Source of the DNA: an uncultured Candidatus Saccharibacteria bacterium
GTDB taxonomy: Bacteria > Patescibacteriota > WWE3 > UBA101185 > UBA10185
Direction: 5' to 3'
DNA: 64,000 bases
NCBI GenBank assembly: GCA_964540135.1
Contig: CAZILK010000002.1
Coordinates: 33,074-97,073, forward strand
Under the pieces are notes generated by a model. It made no database searches and was not told the DNA's origin. It worked only from the letters and a program-made list of their open reading frames with translations. This document shows, in pieces, positions 1 through 10,428 of this stretch. Made by a program: the position numbers and the translations under genes. Each line of letters starts with the position of its first letter. The stretch's first letter is position 1.

Positions 1-125
1 ATACGGACAGAGAAATTGTAGATGAAGCTAGGGCTCAAGCAGAAGAAGGTAGTTTCCCACTTGGTTCATTTACCGGAAATATTGGGCAACTTTTACTTAA
101 AGATTACGGTCCTAAGACTAGTTAG
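1..125 (+). CDS. 3' end of a partial CDS entering the window, function unknown
   Basis: Frame from position 3 is open (TDREIVDEARAQAEEG...PKTS) to TAG at 123-125, overlapping the convergent recR stop. Confidence 0.5.
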   Translation, partial: TDREIVDEARAQAEEGSFPLGSFTGNIGQLLLKDYGPKTS

Positions 126-742
126 AACTCCCCTCTCCCCTCAAGAGCACGACTTAGAGTGTTATCATCTGCATATTCAATATCACCACCAACCGGAAGT
201 CCTCTTGCGATTCTTGTTATTTTTACTCTTGTTCCAAAGTCTTGGTTTTTAAGGAGTTTTGAAATATACATAGCTGTTGATTCCCCTTCCATACCTGTAT
301 TTGTTGAAAGAATTATTTCCACTGTTTTAGTTTCATCTGTAAGTAGTTTGATAACTCTTTCAAGAAGGCTATCGATGTAGAGTTCTTCAGGTCCTATATT
401 TTCAAGCGGGTTAACAAGCCCGTGAAGAACATGGTATGTTCCTTTATAACCAGTCTTTTCAAATGCAAAGACATCTAAAGGTCCTGCTACAACAGCAATT
501 GTGTATTTGTCTCGCGAGTAATCAGAGCAGATACTGCAGAATGCTGATTCTGCAATGTTTTTACAGGTATCGCATTTTTGAATATTAGTTTTTAAATTTA
601 GAAATGAATTTCCCATCTTTTCAAGTTCACTTTGTGGGAAGTTTAAAAGGTAAAACGTGAGTCTTTGAGCAGTTTTTGGTCCAATACCTGGTAAACGTTC
701 AAAGGTTTCTATTAGGTTTGTCAGGGATTTTGGTATTTTCAC
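122..742 (-). CDS. recR: recombination mediator RecR
   Basis: LPGIGPKTAQRL HhH, C4 zinc finger, Toprim (YHVLHG, GESTA, RIARGLPVGGDIEYAD). Confidence 0.97.
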   Translation of the reverse strand: MKIPKSLTNLIETFERLPGIGPKTAQRLTFYLLNFPQSELEKMGNSFLNLKTNIQKCDTCKNIAESAFCSICSDYSRDKYTIAVVAGPLDVFAFEKTGYKGTYHVLHGLVNPLENIGPEELYIDSLLERVIKLLTDETKTVEIILSTNTGMEGESTAMYISKLLKNQDFGTRVKITRIARGLPVGGDIEYADDNTLSRALEGRGEF

Positions 743-755
743 GAGTCAAATTGTC

Positions 756-2426
756 CTACATCGGAAGGCCGCCGTCAAAGATATTAACTAAATTTTCAGG
801 ACTGACGTTATTAATAGATGTTCCAACAACAGGACTTATATTCATATCGGTTAGTTCCCCAACTTCAAATTTATTTTTTGTTTCGGGTTTAACACTTGAT
901 AAAACACATCGAATACCTTTGATACGGGAGAAATGTGCTTTAACGACTTCTTCAACAAGAGCTTTATTTTTTGAATTTTCAAGCCTTTCTTTGTGAAACT
1001 TATAAACAACCTCAAGAATAAGTTCACCTGAATCGTAATTAATGGGTTTACAGGACTTCAGGAGGGCTGAGATTGAGTTATTAATGAGAGATGCGCTGTT
1101 TACTATCTCTTCCCATTTATGAGACACCTCGTCAACCACACCGCTGTTCTCAGCTTGAAGATTATCATCCACCGCTTGAATTTCATCAGAAAGTGCTTCA
1201 CCTTTTTTATTTGCACTAGTTCTTAGAAATTCAACTGAAATACCCTTACCGTTATCTTCATCATCGTTGTCTTCAACCTGTTCTGGCGCACCTTTAGCTT
1301 TGGGACTAGGTTTATCTGTCTGCTTTGTTTTTGTGCTCTCTTCTTCTTTGAAATCCGAGCAGAGTCTTGCAACTGCTATCTCAAGCGGTAGTTCATGAAT
1401 TGGATATGACTTTATTCTGCTCTGGGCTTCAGCAAAAGTCTCAAGCATCTCAACCAGTCTTGCAGGAGTTAATGAATTAGCTTGTTTTTTGGCAAGCTCT
1501 TGATCAAAACTTTCTTGCTGGATTCCGGATTTTGTAAATAGAAGAGATCGTAAGTAGAAAAGAAGATCACTTGTCCAGGATGTAAGATCAATACCCTGCT
1601 CAGTTAAAGAATTAAGAAGACTTAAAGCTCCTTTTGTGTCTTTAGTAATAATACTTTCTGTGAAAAGACCAATTGTTGTAGCAGTTGAGAAGAAATCTTT
1701 AATTCCCCCTTCTACCGCTTGCTCCAGCATGGTTTCTGCATCTCTAAACCCACCTCGTGCAATACGGGCTATACTTGTTAGTTGTGAGAGAAGTATCTTT
1801 TCTTTACCTTTTAATTGGGCGAGTTCTTCTTCTGTTTTTACAACCTGAATTCCCTCAGCTTTGCAAATTAACTCCATCTTAGTGACAAGTTGAGCAATTG
1901 TTGCCCTCTTAAACTTAAACACCTGACACCTGGATTTTATTGTGTCCGGAACTTTATGTTCCTCAGTTGTGCAGAGTATAAAAACAGCATGTTTCGGAGG
2001 CTCTTCAAGAGTTTTTAGTAAAGCGTTAAATGCTTCGGTTGTTAACATGTGAACTTCATCTATGATATAGATTTTCTTAAGGCCGTTTACCGGCGTTAGT
2101 TTAACCTTTTCACGCAGTGCTCTTATATCATCAATACCTCTATTGCTTGCTGCATCAATCTCTATGAGATCAATAAAAGACCCGTTTTGCATCTCAATAC
2201 AGTTAGGGCATTTACAGCATGGGTCGCCAGTTTTAAGAAGATTTGTACAATTTAAAGCTTTTGCAAGAACTCTAGCTGTTGTTGTTTTTCCAGTACCTCT
2301 TGAGCCTATAAATAAATAGGCGTGGGCTGTTTTACCTGTTGTTAGTTGCTTTGCAATTGCTACTGAAACCTCATTTGGTTGTGATATTTCTGTAAAAGTC
2401 TGTGGGCGGTATTTTGTATAGTACAT
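756..2426 (-). CDS. dnaX: DNA polymerase III subunit gamma/tau
   Basis: KYRP, GSRGTGKTT, EIDAASNRG, IIDEVHML, NALLKTLEEPP, SRC. Confidence 0.97.
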   Translation of the reverse strand: MYYTKYRPQTFTEISQPNEVSVAIAKQLTTGKTAHAYLFIGSRGTGKTTTARVLAKALNCTNLLKTGDPCCKCPNCIEMQNGSFIDLIEIDAASNRGIDDIRALREKVKLTPVNGLKKIYIIDEVHMLTTEAFNALLKTLEEPPKHAVFILCTTEEHKVPDTIKSRCQVFKFKRATIAQLVTKMELICKAEGIQVVKTEEELAQLKGKEKILLSQLTSIARIARGGFRDAETMLEQAVEGGIKDFFSTATTIGLFTESIITKDTKGALSLLNSLTEQGIDLTSWTSDLLFYLRSLLFTKSGIQQESFDQELAKKQANSLTPARLVEMLETFAEAQSRIKSYPIHELPLEIAVARLCSDFKEEESTKTKQTDKPSPKAKGAPEQVEDNDDEDNGKGISVEFLRTSANKKGEALSDEIQAVDDNLQAENSGVVDEVSHKWEEIVNSASLINNSISALLKSCKPINYDSGELILEVVYKFHKERLENSKNKALVEEVVKAHFSRIKGIRCVLSSVKPETKNKFEVGELTDMNISPVVGTSINNVSPENLVNIFDGGLPM

Positions 2427-2437
2427 AGATTTTCAGT

Positions 2438-2962
2438 TTAAAGCGTTTTTACAAAAGTTTCAAAGCTTTTTAATATTTGCTCTTCTTCCTCACGAAGAAA
2501 GTTTTGCAGTACATAGTTTTCGATATCAAATTGAGCTTGTGCGGGTCTTCCAACCCCAACTCTTATTCTATAAAAATCAAGAGTACCAATATGCTCTTTA
2601 ATACTTTCAATTCCATGGTGTCCGGCAGACCCACTATTTTTGGCAAGTTTAATCCTGCCAAGTTCTAAATCAACATCGTCATGAATAACAACAAGATCCG
2701 CAGGACTCTTTTTATAAAAGTTCAAAATCTTACTAACTGCTTCACCAGAATTGTTCATAAATGTCTGCGGTTTTGCAAAAATACTAGAGTCGGTTTTTAT
2801 AATCAAGGATTTGAACTGAGCCTGCTTAAGCCATGTATCAGTTCCGTGAACAAAAAAGGTGTCCAAGATTATAAATCCTATATTGTGTCTTGTGTTTGTA
2901 TATTTTTCACCAGGATTGCCAAGCCCTACAATAAGTTTATTTGAAAAAAAAGGACTACTCAT
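2438..2962 (-). CDS. pth: peptidyl-tRNA hydrolase
   Basis: LIVGLGNPG, TRHNIGF, KPQTFMN, VIHDD, GHHG; start moved to ATG 2962, which overlaps the ybeY stop. Confidence 0.95.
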   Translation of the reverse strand: MSSPFFSNKLIVGLGNPGEKYTNTRHNIGFIILDTFFVHGTDTWLKQAQFKSLIIKTDSSIFAKPQTFMNNSGEAVSKILNFYKKSPADLVVIHDDVDLELGRIKLAKNSGSAGHHGIESIKEHIGTLDFYRIRVGVGRPAQAQFDIENYVLQNFLREEEEQILKSFETFVKTL

Positions 2963-3263
2963 CTCCATCATGATGCACCCCCAACAGGTGAAGCATGCCG
3001 TGCCCAACAAGTTCCGAAACTTCTTCTTCAACTGAATTACCATACTTACCTGCTTGTCTTTGTGCTTGATCTTTGTTTACAACAATATCCCCTAAAAAAT
3101 AATCCCCTTCATGCTCTTCATCTATGTTAAATGACAAAACATCAGTTGGATAATCTCGCTTAAGGTATTTTTTGTTGAGTTTTTGGATTTCAACATCACC
3201 AACAACAGAAACAGAAACAACAAGTTTGTTTTTTTTGTTTAACTCAGGCTTTTTTGTAAACAT
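2955..3263 (-). CDS. ybeY: rRNA maturation RNase YbeY (short)
   Basis: PTDVLSF, LGDIV, HGMLHLLGVHH. Confidence 0.93.
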   Translation of the reverse strand: MFTKKPELNKKNKLVVSVSVVGDVEIQKLNKKYLKRDYPTDVLSFNIDEEHEGDYFLGDIVVNKDQAQRQAGKYGNSVEEEVSELVGHGMLHLLGVHHDGDE

Positions 3264-3272
3264 AAGCCCCTG

Positions 3273-3470
3273 TTATTTACTCTTTTTTGTTCCGGTTAAA
3301 ATATACTTTCGAACTCGCTCTTTTAAGAGTTGTCTTCTAAGTTCACTTGGTTTGTAGTATCTTTCACGTTTCTTAAGTTCTTTTAAAACACCTGCTCTAT
3401 GTACTTCTCTGTTAAATCTCTTAAGAGCTGCGTCAAAAGATTCGTTATTTCTAATTTTTACTTTTGTCAT
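3273..3470 (-). CDS. rpsU: 30S ribosomal protein S21
   Basis: ESFDAALKRFNR, RERYYKPS. Confidence 0.95.
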   Translation of the reverse strand: MTKVKIRNNESFDAALKRFNREVHRAGVLKELKKRERYYKPSELRRQLLKERVRKYILTGTKKSK

Positions 3471-3527
3471 ATTTATGGCAGACTAAATAGTTGTCTGCTA
3501 AATTACACCCCCAAACTATTTTTAATT

Positions 3528-3878
3528 CTATGTTTCACCTAACGGTTCTGTTTTTGAGCCACCTAGCAAATGAAAGTGCTCGTGCTCAAAATGGTTATAC
3601 CCGGCACCATTGTTTACCAATTTATAACCAGTCTTGTCAAGCCCTAGTAGCTTAACAGTTTCATAGATTGACATAAACATCTTATCCCAATAACCTTCTG
3701 AACTATAATCCCCTGCTAAGGTATTTTGTTTCTCTCTATGCTGTTTATCTAGAATTAAAACATGAACCGGAGCTTTTGGGAACTTATTATGAATTACCAA
3801 AAAGTCTTCTGACTCATATACCTTGCGACTAGGCTCGCTACCGTCAATTATTGAACAAAATAAACAAGATGCTGACAC
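3528..3878 (-). CDS. HIT family nucleotide-binding protein (HinT-like)
   Basis: CLFC, PKAPVHVL, HEHFHLLGG histidine triad; GTG start. Confidence 0.88.
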   Translation of the reverse strand: MSASCLFCSIIDGSEPSRKVYESEDFLVIHNKFPKAPVHVLILDKQHREKQNTLAGDYSSEGYWDKMFMSIYETVKLLGLDKTGYKLVNNGAGYNHFEHEHFHLLGGSKTEPLGET

Positions 3879-3941
3879 ACACCCAGTATATGCTAGTATC
3901 GGAGCTTAAGGCAAGTTTAGAGACTGTGTGCAAGTGCTTAT

Positions 3942-5078
3942 TTAAAAGCTAAAAACAGATGCTATATCTTTTACTGTAACAAGAACGATTAGTCCAAGAA
4001 GAGCTATCATGCCCCACTTATGCATAAAGTTTTCGATAGCTGGAGAAACCTTTTTACGCGTTACACTCTCGATGAGGACAAAAACAAGTCTACCACCGTC
4101 AAGCGCTGGGAATGGCATGATATTTAAAAAGGCAAGACTTAACGAGAGTACAGCCATCAAGTCTATAATACCTAAGAAAGCCTCTTTCCCGCCATAATCC
4201 AAAATACTACCAACAACACCAAAGATACCAATTGGTCCCGATACTGATTCGGATAACCCGCTTGCGTCTTTTTCTTTAACTGAAGTACTTACAATACTTC
4301 CCATCGTAGACATGCTGTAAGACAAGATATTGTAGGAGTGCAAAACTCCAGCTAGAGCTTTATTGGAGCCTTCATACGACAAAGTTACAGCTTTACTTAA
4401 AGCAACTCCTAGAAGCCCCTCTCCTTTATCATTTGAGATAGTAGTTAATTCAACTGTTTTAAGTGTTCTTTTAAGGCTGATTACATCCATCACAAGGACT
4501 TTTATCTTCTGATTAGGTTTTGCTTTTAATTTCTCTTTAATGTCAGTTACTGTGTAAACAGGTTCTCCATTAATCTCAATAACTGCCTCCCCTACTTCAA
4601 GGCCTGCTTTTTTGGCAAGTGAATTTGGAGCAAAACCACTAATTACTGTATTTGTGATCTTTTCTTGGCCAAATTTGAAATCATAATCAAAAAGAAGAGG
4701 CATAGTGAGTGATTTAAAATTGGTAAAGGTGAAAAAGACGTAATACAAAACAATACCAAGTAAAACATTCATTGAGACTCCTGCAACAAGAACTACAGCC
4801 CTTTGCCATGGCTTTTTAGCTGAAAAACTTCTTGGATCATAAACTGTTTGAGATGTTTCGTCCGCGTCTTCGCCAAGGAGTTTTACAAAACCCCCGAAAG
4901 GCAAAGCATTGATTGAGTAAAGTGTTTCGCCTCGTTTTTTACCCCAAATTCTTGGCGGGAGACCAAAACCAAACTCTTCAACCTTTATACCAAAACCTTT
5001 TGCTGTAATAAAATGGCCAAACTCGTGTATAAACACAAGAGTAGATAGGATTAAAAAAAAGATTAAAAATGTAAACAT
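3942..5078 (-). CDS. rseP: RseP-like M50 intramembrane metalloprotease with PDZ domain
   Basis: HEFGH, PFGGFVKL, NIMPFPALDGG; syntenic with frr. Confidence 0.93.
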   Translation of the reverse strand: MFTFLIFFLILSTLVFIHEFGHFITAKGFGIKVEEFGFGLPPRIWGKKRGETLYSINALPFGGFVKLLGEDADETSQTVYDPRSFSAKKPWQRAVVLVAGVSMNVLLGIVLYYVFFTFTNFKSLTMPLLFDYDFKFGQEKITNTVISGFAPNSLAKKAGLEVGEAVIEINGEPVYTVTDIKEKLKAKPNQKIKVLVMDVISLKRTLKTVELTTISNDKGEGLLGVALSKAVTLSYEGSNKALAGVLHSYNILSYSMSTMGSIVSTSVKEKDASGLSESVSGPIGIFGVVGSILDYGGKEAFLGIIDLMAVLSLSLAFLNIMPFPALDGGRLVFVLIESVTRKKVSPAIENFMHKWGMIALLGLIVLVTVKDIASVFSF

Positions 5079-5085
5079 AGGTTAA

Positions 5086-5634
5086 TTAGATTTCAAGAAT
5101 TGCTTGTCTTTTGCTTTCCCCAATCTCGGTAACTTCTGAGATCTTATCTTTCACAATCTTTTCTACTTCTTCTTTTTGTGCAAATTTTTCATCTTCGCCA
5201 ATTTCTTTATCAGTAAACAATTTATCCACATATTTAATAGCGTCTTGTCTAATATTACGCATTGACTGCCTTGCCTGCTCCATTTTGGTATTTATTACCT
5301 TTGCAAACTCTTCTCTTCTTTCCTCAGAAAGTGGTGGGATTGGAATTCTTAAAACACCATCTGCTGAAACCGGATTTAATTTAAGATCGCTATTTCTAAT
5401 TGCTTTATCAATAAGTGCGAGAACACTTTTATCCCAGGGGGACACTACAATTAGTTGTGGTTCTGGAACTGAAATTGTTGCAAGTTCTTTTACTTTCATA
5501 ACAGTACCGTAAGCTTCAATACCCATATCTTCAATTAGGGTTGGGCTTGCTCTCCCTGTTCTAACCTGAGAAATATCAGTCTTGAAAAACTCTATTGCAC
5601 TGTCTAGTTTTTTGATTAATTCGTTTTTAGTCAT
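5086..5634 (-). CDS. frr: ribosome recycling factor
   Basis: RTGRASP, PWDKS, PPLSEERR, RNIRQD. Confidence 0.97.
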   Translation of the reverse strand: MTKNELIKKLDSAIEFFKTDISQVRTGRASPTLIEDMGIEAYGTVMKVKELATISVPEPQLIVVSPWDKSVLALIDKAIRNSDLKLNPVSADGVLRIPIPPLSEERREEFAKVINTKMEQARQSMRNIRQDAIKYVDKLFTDKEIGEDEKFAQKEEVEKIVKDKISEVTEIGESKRQAILEI

Positions 5635-5637
5635 TAA

Positions 5638-6096
5638 TTATTCTTTAACAGCGTATCTAACAAATCGGCTCAGTTCTATTTTTTCACCAATTTTGGCAAT
5701 TGCTTGATTAATGAGATCTGCGATCTTAAGTGATGGATCTTTAATGTAGGTATCAGCCAAAACTTCTTCAACTGTTTCGTATTTAATTGCACAAACTTGC
5801 TTTGCAAGACTATTAGCAAGTTCAATAAAATCAGCATTTTTAGCAACAAAGTCAGTTTCACATGATAGATGGACAAGGCTTGCCATTTTACCGCCTGCAT
5901 GAACATAAGAAGCTATAACGCCTTCAAGCGTTGTCCTGTCAGCTTTTTTTAAAGCTTTGCTGAGGCTATTTTTCATAAGGTATTCTTTAGCTTTTGAAAA
6001 ATCCCCGCCTACCTCGTCAAGTGCTTTTTTAGCATCCATAACTCCAGCACCAGTCTCTTCTCGTAGTTTTTTTATATCTTCTGTTGATACTGCCAT
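5638..6096 (-). CDS. tsf: elongation factor Ts (short form)
   Basis: IKKLREETGAGVMDAKKAL, SCETDFVAKN, IGEKI. Confidence 0.96.
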   Translation of the reverse strand: MAVSTEDIKKLREETGAGVMDAKKALDEVGGDFSKAKEYLMKNSLSKALKKADRTTLEGVIASYVHAGGKMASLVHLSCETDFVAKNADFIELANSLAKQVCAIKYETVEEVLADTYIKDPSLKIADLINQAIAKIGEKIELSRFVRYAVKE

Positions 6097-6141
6097 AAAA
6101 TTCTCCTTTTCAAAAAAATATTATCAGGTTTAAACTTTCGT

Positions 6142-7014
6142 TTAAAGGTCTTTTGCAAGTTCTTCATCTTTTGTTTCTTCTTTTGTGATGTGAACTGCTT
6201 GAGCTGTTGTAACTGTAAGCTTAGCAAGATCCAGTTCTTCTTGTACTTTTACTTCTTCGGCTTCGATGTCAGCTTTTATTTTGGCGTCTTTGGCGAGTTT
6301 ATCCTCTGCTTGTTTAGCAAACTCTTTATAACCTGCCTCTATCGCATCTGCAAAAGCTTTCAAAATAATACCGATTGAGCGCATAGCGTCGTCATTTCCC
6401 GGAACAGGGTACTTAACAAGTTTAGGATCGGTATTTGTATCAATAAGCGCGAATACCGGTATGCCAATATTATTACCTTCTTTTAAGGCTGTCTTTTCTT
6501 TCCTAGCATCTATTAAAACAAGCGCGTCAGGATTGCCGGTGAGTGACGTAAGACCGCCAAAGTATTTTTCAAGCTTCTCTATATCACGGTCAAGAAGTAG
6601 TCGTTCTTTTTTGGTGTACATAGCAAAATCCCCTTTTTCTCTTTTCTCTTTAAGTTCAAGGAGTTTTTTTATGCTTTTTCTTAGCATTGGGAAATTGGTT
6701 ATTGTTCCACCAAGCCATCTTTCGGTAACATATAAAGCGCCACATCGTTGTGCCTCAAGAGCTAAAATGTCTTTCGCTTGTCTTTTGGTACCAACAAAAA
6801 CTATCTTCTTGCCTGTCTTCGCAAGCTCAAACAATGCGTCGCAAGCTTCTTCAAGCTTTGCGACAGTCTTCTCAAGATCAAAGATATGAACACCTTGCTT
6901 GTTGGTGTAGATATACTCAAACATATTAGGATGCCATCTTTTAACTTGGTGCCCTATATGAACTCTTGATTCAATTAGGTCTGTAATACTTGGTATTTTA
7001 TAATTTTTTGCCAT
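6142..7014 (-). CDS. rpsB: 30S ribosomal protein S2
   Basis: HIGH, FVGTK, RWLGGTITN, DTNTDP, PGNDDA. Confidence 0.97.
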   Translation of the reverse strand: MAKNYKIPSITDLIESRVHIGHQVKRWHPNMFEYIYTNKQGVHIFDLEKTVAKLEEACDALFELAKTGKKIVFVGTKRQAKDILALEAQRCGALYVTERWLGGTITNFPMLRKSIKKLLELKEKREKGDFAMYTKKERLLLDRDIEKLEKYFGGLTSLTGNPDALVLIDARKEKTALKEGNNIGIPVFALIDTNTDPKLVKYPVPGNDDAMRSIGIILKAFADAIEAGYKEFAKQAEDKLAKDAKIKADIEAEEVKVQEELDLAKLTVTTAQAVHITKEETKDEELAKDL

Positions 7015-7204
7015 GTTTTTTCAGTTAAGCTTGGGGTAAAGGATAGAAAACACAATGTAAGTTATTCAAACAAACAAAGTTAATGTTTTCTCTCTTTTAC
7101 TTTTGGCTTTATAAATAAGTATCAAAAAAGCCTCACCTGCAGGTTGTCAACCAGAGAGTTGCAGGTACTCAGGAAACTTAGCATAAAAACTGCTTGGTTT
7201 CAAG
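7015..7204 (-). promoter_or_regulatory. rpsB promoter and structured 5' leader (possible S2 autoregulatory element)
   Basis: TTGAAA-17 nt-TAAGTT on the minus strand, then three stems (ACCTGCA/TGCAGGT, GGCTTT/AAAGCC, AGAAAACA/TGTTTTCT) before the ATG. Confidence 0.5.
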
Positions 7205-7213
7205 ATGTTTGCC

Positions 7214-7999
7214 CTATTTCCACTGCCACGATGCTATCAAGGTAGCAAGATCTTGTTGCTGACCGAGCTGAAGTTCTGGATCAAGATACCCGTCTTGAAC
7301 AGTCATTAGCTGAAAATTCCGAGCCGGAAAACCTGAAACGTTATACTCTTTTGGCGCCAAAACAAAGATATGCACCGATTTAACAAGATTAACTGCGTTG
7401 CCTTCAATAACTTTCATAGCATCAACACCACCAAGTTTGATAGCCTCTTCTTCAAAAGTAACAGTTGGCGATGTTTTAAGTGTATTTGCAATAAACTTGT
7501 CAGCCATTTGCTTTGGGGTTGCCCCGTCTTGTACAACTGCAAGAGTTATATTAACGCTGAAAGGATAAGCTTGATTGGTTGAAATGTACTGTAAACATGA
7601 ATTATCTTCACCGGCATTGTGGTTCATCGGGATAAAAAGCGAGTAGCAAAGAGTTTCTTTAGGTACATAGCCTGGAAAATCACCAGCTACAGGTGGTTCT
7701 TGTTCCGGCGCTGCCGGAGTTTGAGAACTATCACTGTCCGAGGATCGTTCTTGCTTAAACACACTTACCTCAGGTGGGGTAGTAGTTTGCTTCGCATCCA
7801 TTACCCCAGGATCTGATGGCGGAAGCACGTTTACGCCAGTTTGTTTATTAAACAAAAGGAGTGAACCAAAAACACTAACTATTACAATCAATGCAACAAG
7901 CAATATAGCTACCCCAACAAGTAGTTTGGTGTTGCTGCTTTTATGTATCTGCAAAGGTTCATTTTGAGTTTCAAGGGTGTTCTGAGGTTGTATCTCCAT
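7214..7999 (-). CDS. hypothetical single-pass membrane protein with Pro/Ser linker and extracellular domain
   Basis: N-terminal hydrophobic helix, low-complexity linker, possibly PsbP-like C-terminal domain. Confidence 0.7.
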   Translation of the reverse strand: MEIQPQNTLETQNEPLQIHKSSNTKLLVGVAILLVALIVIVSVFGSLLLFNKQTGVNVLPPSDPGVMDAKQTTTPPEVSVFKQERSSDSDSSQTPAAPEQEPPVAGDFPGYVPKETLCYSLFIPMNHNAGEDNSCLQYISTNQAYPFSVNITLAVVQDGATPKQMADKFIANTLKTSPTVTFEEEAIKLGGVDAMKVIEGNAVNLVKSVHIFVLAPKEYNVSGFPARNFQLMTVQDGYLDPELQLGQQQDLATLIASWQWK

Positions 8000-8096
8000 A
8001 GCAAAATAATAACTGTGGAGATTTTCAAAGTCAATTTATTTAAAGAATAGATTATGCCTAAATTACAAGTCTGGTTATTAGTTAAAAAGAGCAACT

Positions 8097-10346
8097 CTAC
8101 TTTGTTGGTTTTGCTATCTTTTTAGCTTTTCTAACAGCCTTCTTAGGCTTTGCAATCTTCTTTTTTACTTCTTCTGGAGGCTGTAACACGAGTGGTTGGA
8201 CCTTTTTTAATCCCGGCTCATATACAGTATCAGCTGTTGGTATTTTCCAGCTAGCGAAATCACACTCTGGGTATCTACTGCAGCCATAAAAGTTACGACG
8301 TTTTGCTTTTTTAATGACAACGTCCCCTTCTTTACACTTAGGACAACTAACGCCAATCTTTTGAAGATATGGTTTTGCATTTTTGCATTTAGGATAATTT
8401 GAACAGGCTAAAAACTTTCCAAATTTTCCTTGTCTTATTATCATCTTGCCATCATTACACAGGTCACAGGCACCAAAATCTTCATGTTCTTCATTCTCAT
8501 CAAGTATTGGTTTGGCAAACTTACATTCTGGAAAGCCTGAGCAGCTTAAAAATTTACCGTACTTACCTAATTTAATGAAAAGGATTTTGCCGCATTCTGG
8601 GCATTTTTCATCACTCTCGCCAAGCTTAGTCATATCAGTTTTTTTCAAAAGCAGTTCTTTCTCGGCTAAATTTTTCTCAAATGGAAAATAAAAATCTTTA
8701 ATTACTTTTTGCCACAACATTGTTCCCTCGGCAACTTTATCAAGGTCTTCTTCAACAGAGGCTGTAAATTGATAATCTACAATTGATGGGAAATGTTCAA
8801 CTAGCATATCAGAGACAACAAAAGAAACGTCTTCGGGTACAAAATACTTGCCCTCTTTTCGAACATAACCTCTACCAATAATGGTTGAGATGGTCGGTGC
8901 GTAGGTTGAGGGACGCCCTATCTCAAGCTCCTCCAGTGTTTTTACTAAAGTAGCATCAGAAAATCTTGCAGGTGGCTGAGTAAAATGCTGATTCGGATCC
9001 AGTGTCACAAGTCCTAATTTGTCACCTTCTTTAACATCTGCTTCAAAAGCGGATTCGTTTTCTTCAGATTCTTCCTGTGATAAACCAAAAAGTCTGCCTG
9101 CATCTAAGAAACCTGCAAACTTTACCTTGCTTCCGCCAGCTCTAAAAGTGTATAAACTAGATGATATAACATCTACTGACATAGTCTCGTAGACTGCTGG
9201 AACCATCTGACACTCAAGTGACCTAATATAAATTAAAGTGTAAACATTGCGTTCATAGTCTGTCAGCTTATTAAGTTCTGCGTACTTTGGCGTAATACTC
9301 AGATCAGTTGGTCTTATCGCTTCGTGTGCCTCTTGAGCATTCTTTGATTTAGTCTTATAAACTACTGCCTCATCCGGTAAAAAAGATGCACCCATATGTT
9401 TTTTAATAAATGCGCGAGCTGAGGTTAAAAATTCAGGTGACAGATTAAGAGAGTCTGTTCTGTGATATGTTATTAACCCTTTTTCAAACAACTTTTGTGC
9501 TGATGACATAGTTTGTCTGGCTTGGTAGCCAAAAATATTTGAACCTGCTTGTTGGAGAGTCGATGTTTTAAACGGTGCGCCTGGCTGTCTCTTGCGTTCA
9601 CCTATTTTAACTGCTCCAACTTTAAATGTATCTTTTTGTAAATCTTGAAAAATTTTATCTGCGGCTTGCTTGGTCTTAATATCTGCTTTCTCACCATTTA
9701 TCTGTGCCAAACTTGCTTTAAACTGCTGATCGGTTGAGGTACTAAATTTAGCATCCAGTGTCCAATATTCATCAGGAATAAATGCTCTGCGTTCTTTCTC
9801 ACGTTCTACTACAAGTCTTACTGCAACACTCTGCACTCTACCGGCAGATAAACCATACCTAACTTTTTTCCAAAGAAGGGGTGATAATTTATACCCAACA
9901 AGCCGATCAAGCACTCTTCTTCCCTGCTGCGCATCTATTAAATGTTTATTTAGTTCGGTACTATGAGCGAAGGCTTCCTCGATTGCAGACTTCGTAATTT
10001 CATGAAAGACCGCGCGTTTAAAAACTTTCTTAGCGCTCTTTTTAGTCTTCTCATTTATTATATGCTCAAGATGCCACGCAATTGCCTCTCCTTCTCGGTC
10101 AGGGTCTGTTGCGAGATAAACTATCTCAGCGTCTTTTGCATACTTAAGAAGTTCAGCTAAGTTCTTTTCAGCTTTTTCAGGAATCACATATTCCGGTTTA
10201 AAATTGTTCTCAATATCAATACCGATCTTGCTTACAGGCAAGTCTCTGATATGGCCCATTGAAGCTTTAACAACATAATCTTTTCCTAAAAATTTAGCTA
10301 AAGTTTTTGCTTTTGTTGGTGATTCTACAACAACTAGATTTTTCAT
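8097..10346 (-). CDS. topA: DNA topoisomerase I (type IA)
   Basis: VVESPTKAK, ATDPDREGEAIAWH, SAGRVQS, ITYHRTDS, C4 zinc ribbons; start at MKNLVVVES. Confidence 0.97.
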   Translation of the reverse strand: MKNLVVVESPTKAKTLAKFLGKDYVVKASMGHIRDLPVSKIGIDIENNFKPEYVIPEKAEKNLAELLKYAKDAEIVYLATDPDREGEAIAWHLEHIINEKTKKSAKKVFKRAVFHEITKSAIEEAFAHSTELNKHLIDAQQGRRVLDRLVGYKLSPLLWKKVRYGLSAGRVQSVAVRLVVEREKERRAFIPDEYWTLDAKFSTSTDQQFKASLAQINGEKADIKTKQAADKIFQDLQKDTFKVGAVKIGERKRQPGAPFKTSTLQQAGSNIFGYQARQTMSSAQKLFEKGLITYHRTDSLNLSPEFLTSARAFIKKHMGASFLPDEAVVYKTKSKNAQEAHEAIRPTDLSITPKYAELNKLTDYERNVYTLIYIRSLECQMVPAVYETMSVDVISSSLYTFRAGGSKVKFAGFLDAGRLFGLSQEESEENESAFEADVKEGDKLGLVTLDPNQHFTQPPARFSDATLVKTLEELEIGRPSTYAPTISTIIGRGYVRKEGKYFVPEDVSFVVSDMLVEHFPSIVDYQFTASVEEDLDKVAEGTMLWQKVIKDFYFPFEKNLAEKELLLKKTDMTKLGESDEKCPECGKILFIKLGKYGKFLSCSGFPECKFAKPILDENEEHEDFGACDLCNDGKMIIRQGKFGKFLACSNYPKCKNAKPYLQKIGVSCPKCKEGDVVIKKAKRRNFYGCSRYPECDFASWKIPTADTVYEPGLKKVQPLVLQPPEEVKKKIAKPKKAVRKAKKIAKPTK

Positions 10347-10372
10347 ACGTTCAAAGGATACATTATAACCTT

Positions 10373-10428
10373 TATATTTCAAAATTTGAGCTATATTTCA
10401 AAATTTGAGCTATATTTCAAAATTTGAG
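10373..10428. repeat. 19-bp tandem repeat TATATTTCAAAATTTGAGC, about 3 copies
   Basis: Two exact copies (10373-10391, 10392-10410) plus 18 bp of a third that contains the dprA stop. Confidence 0.95.

Noticed and set aside
756-2426. Programmed frameshift in dnaX
   Set aside because: The ORF is continuous and no convincing slippery site with a stimulatory hairpin was identified
10373-10428. CRISPR array
   Set aside because: The 19-bp units are head-to-tail with no spacers, and there are no cas genes
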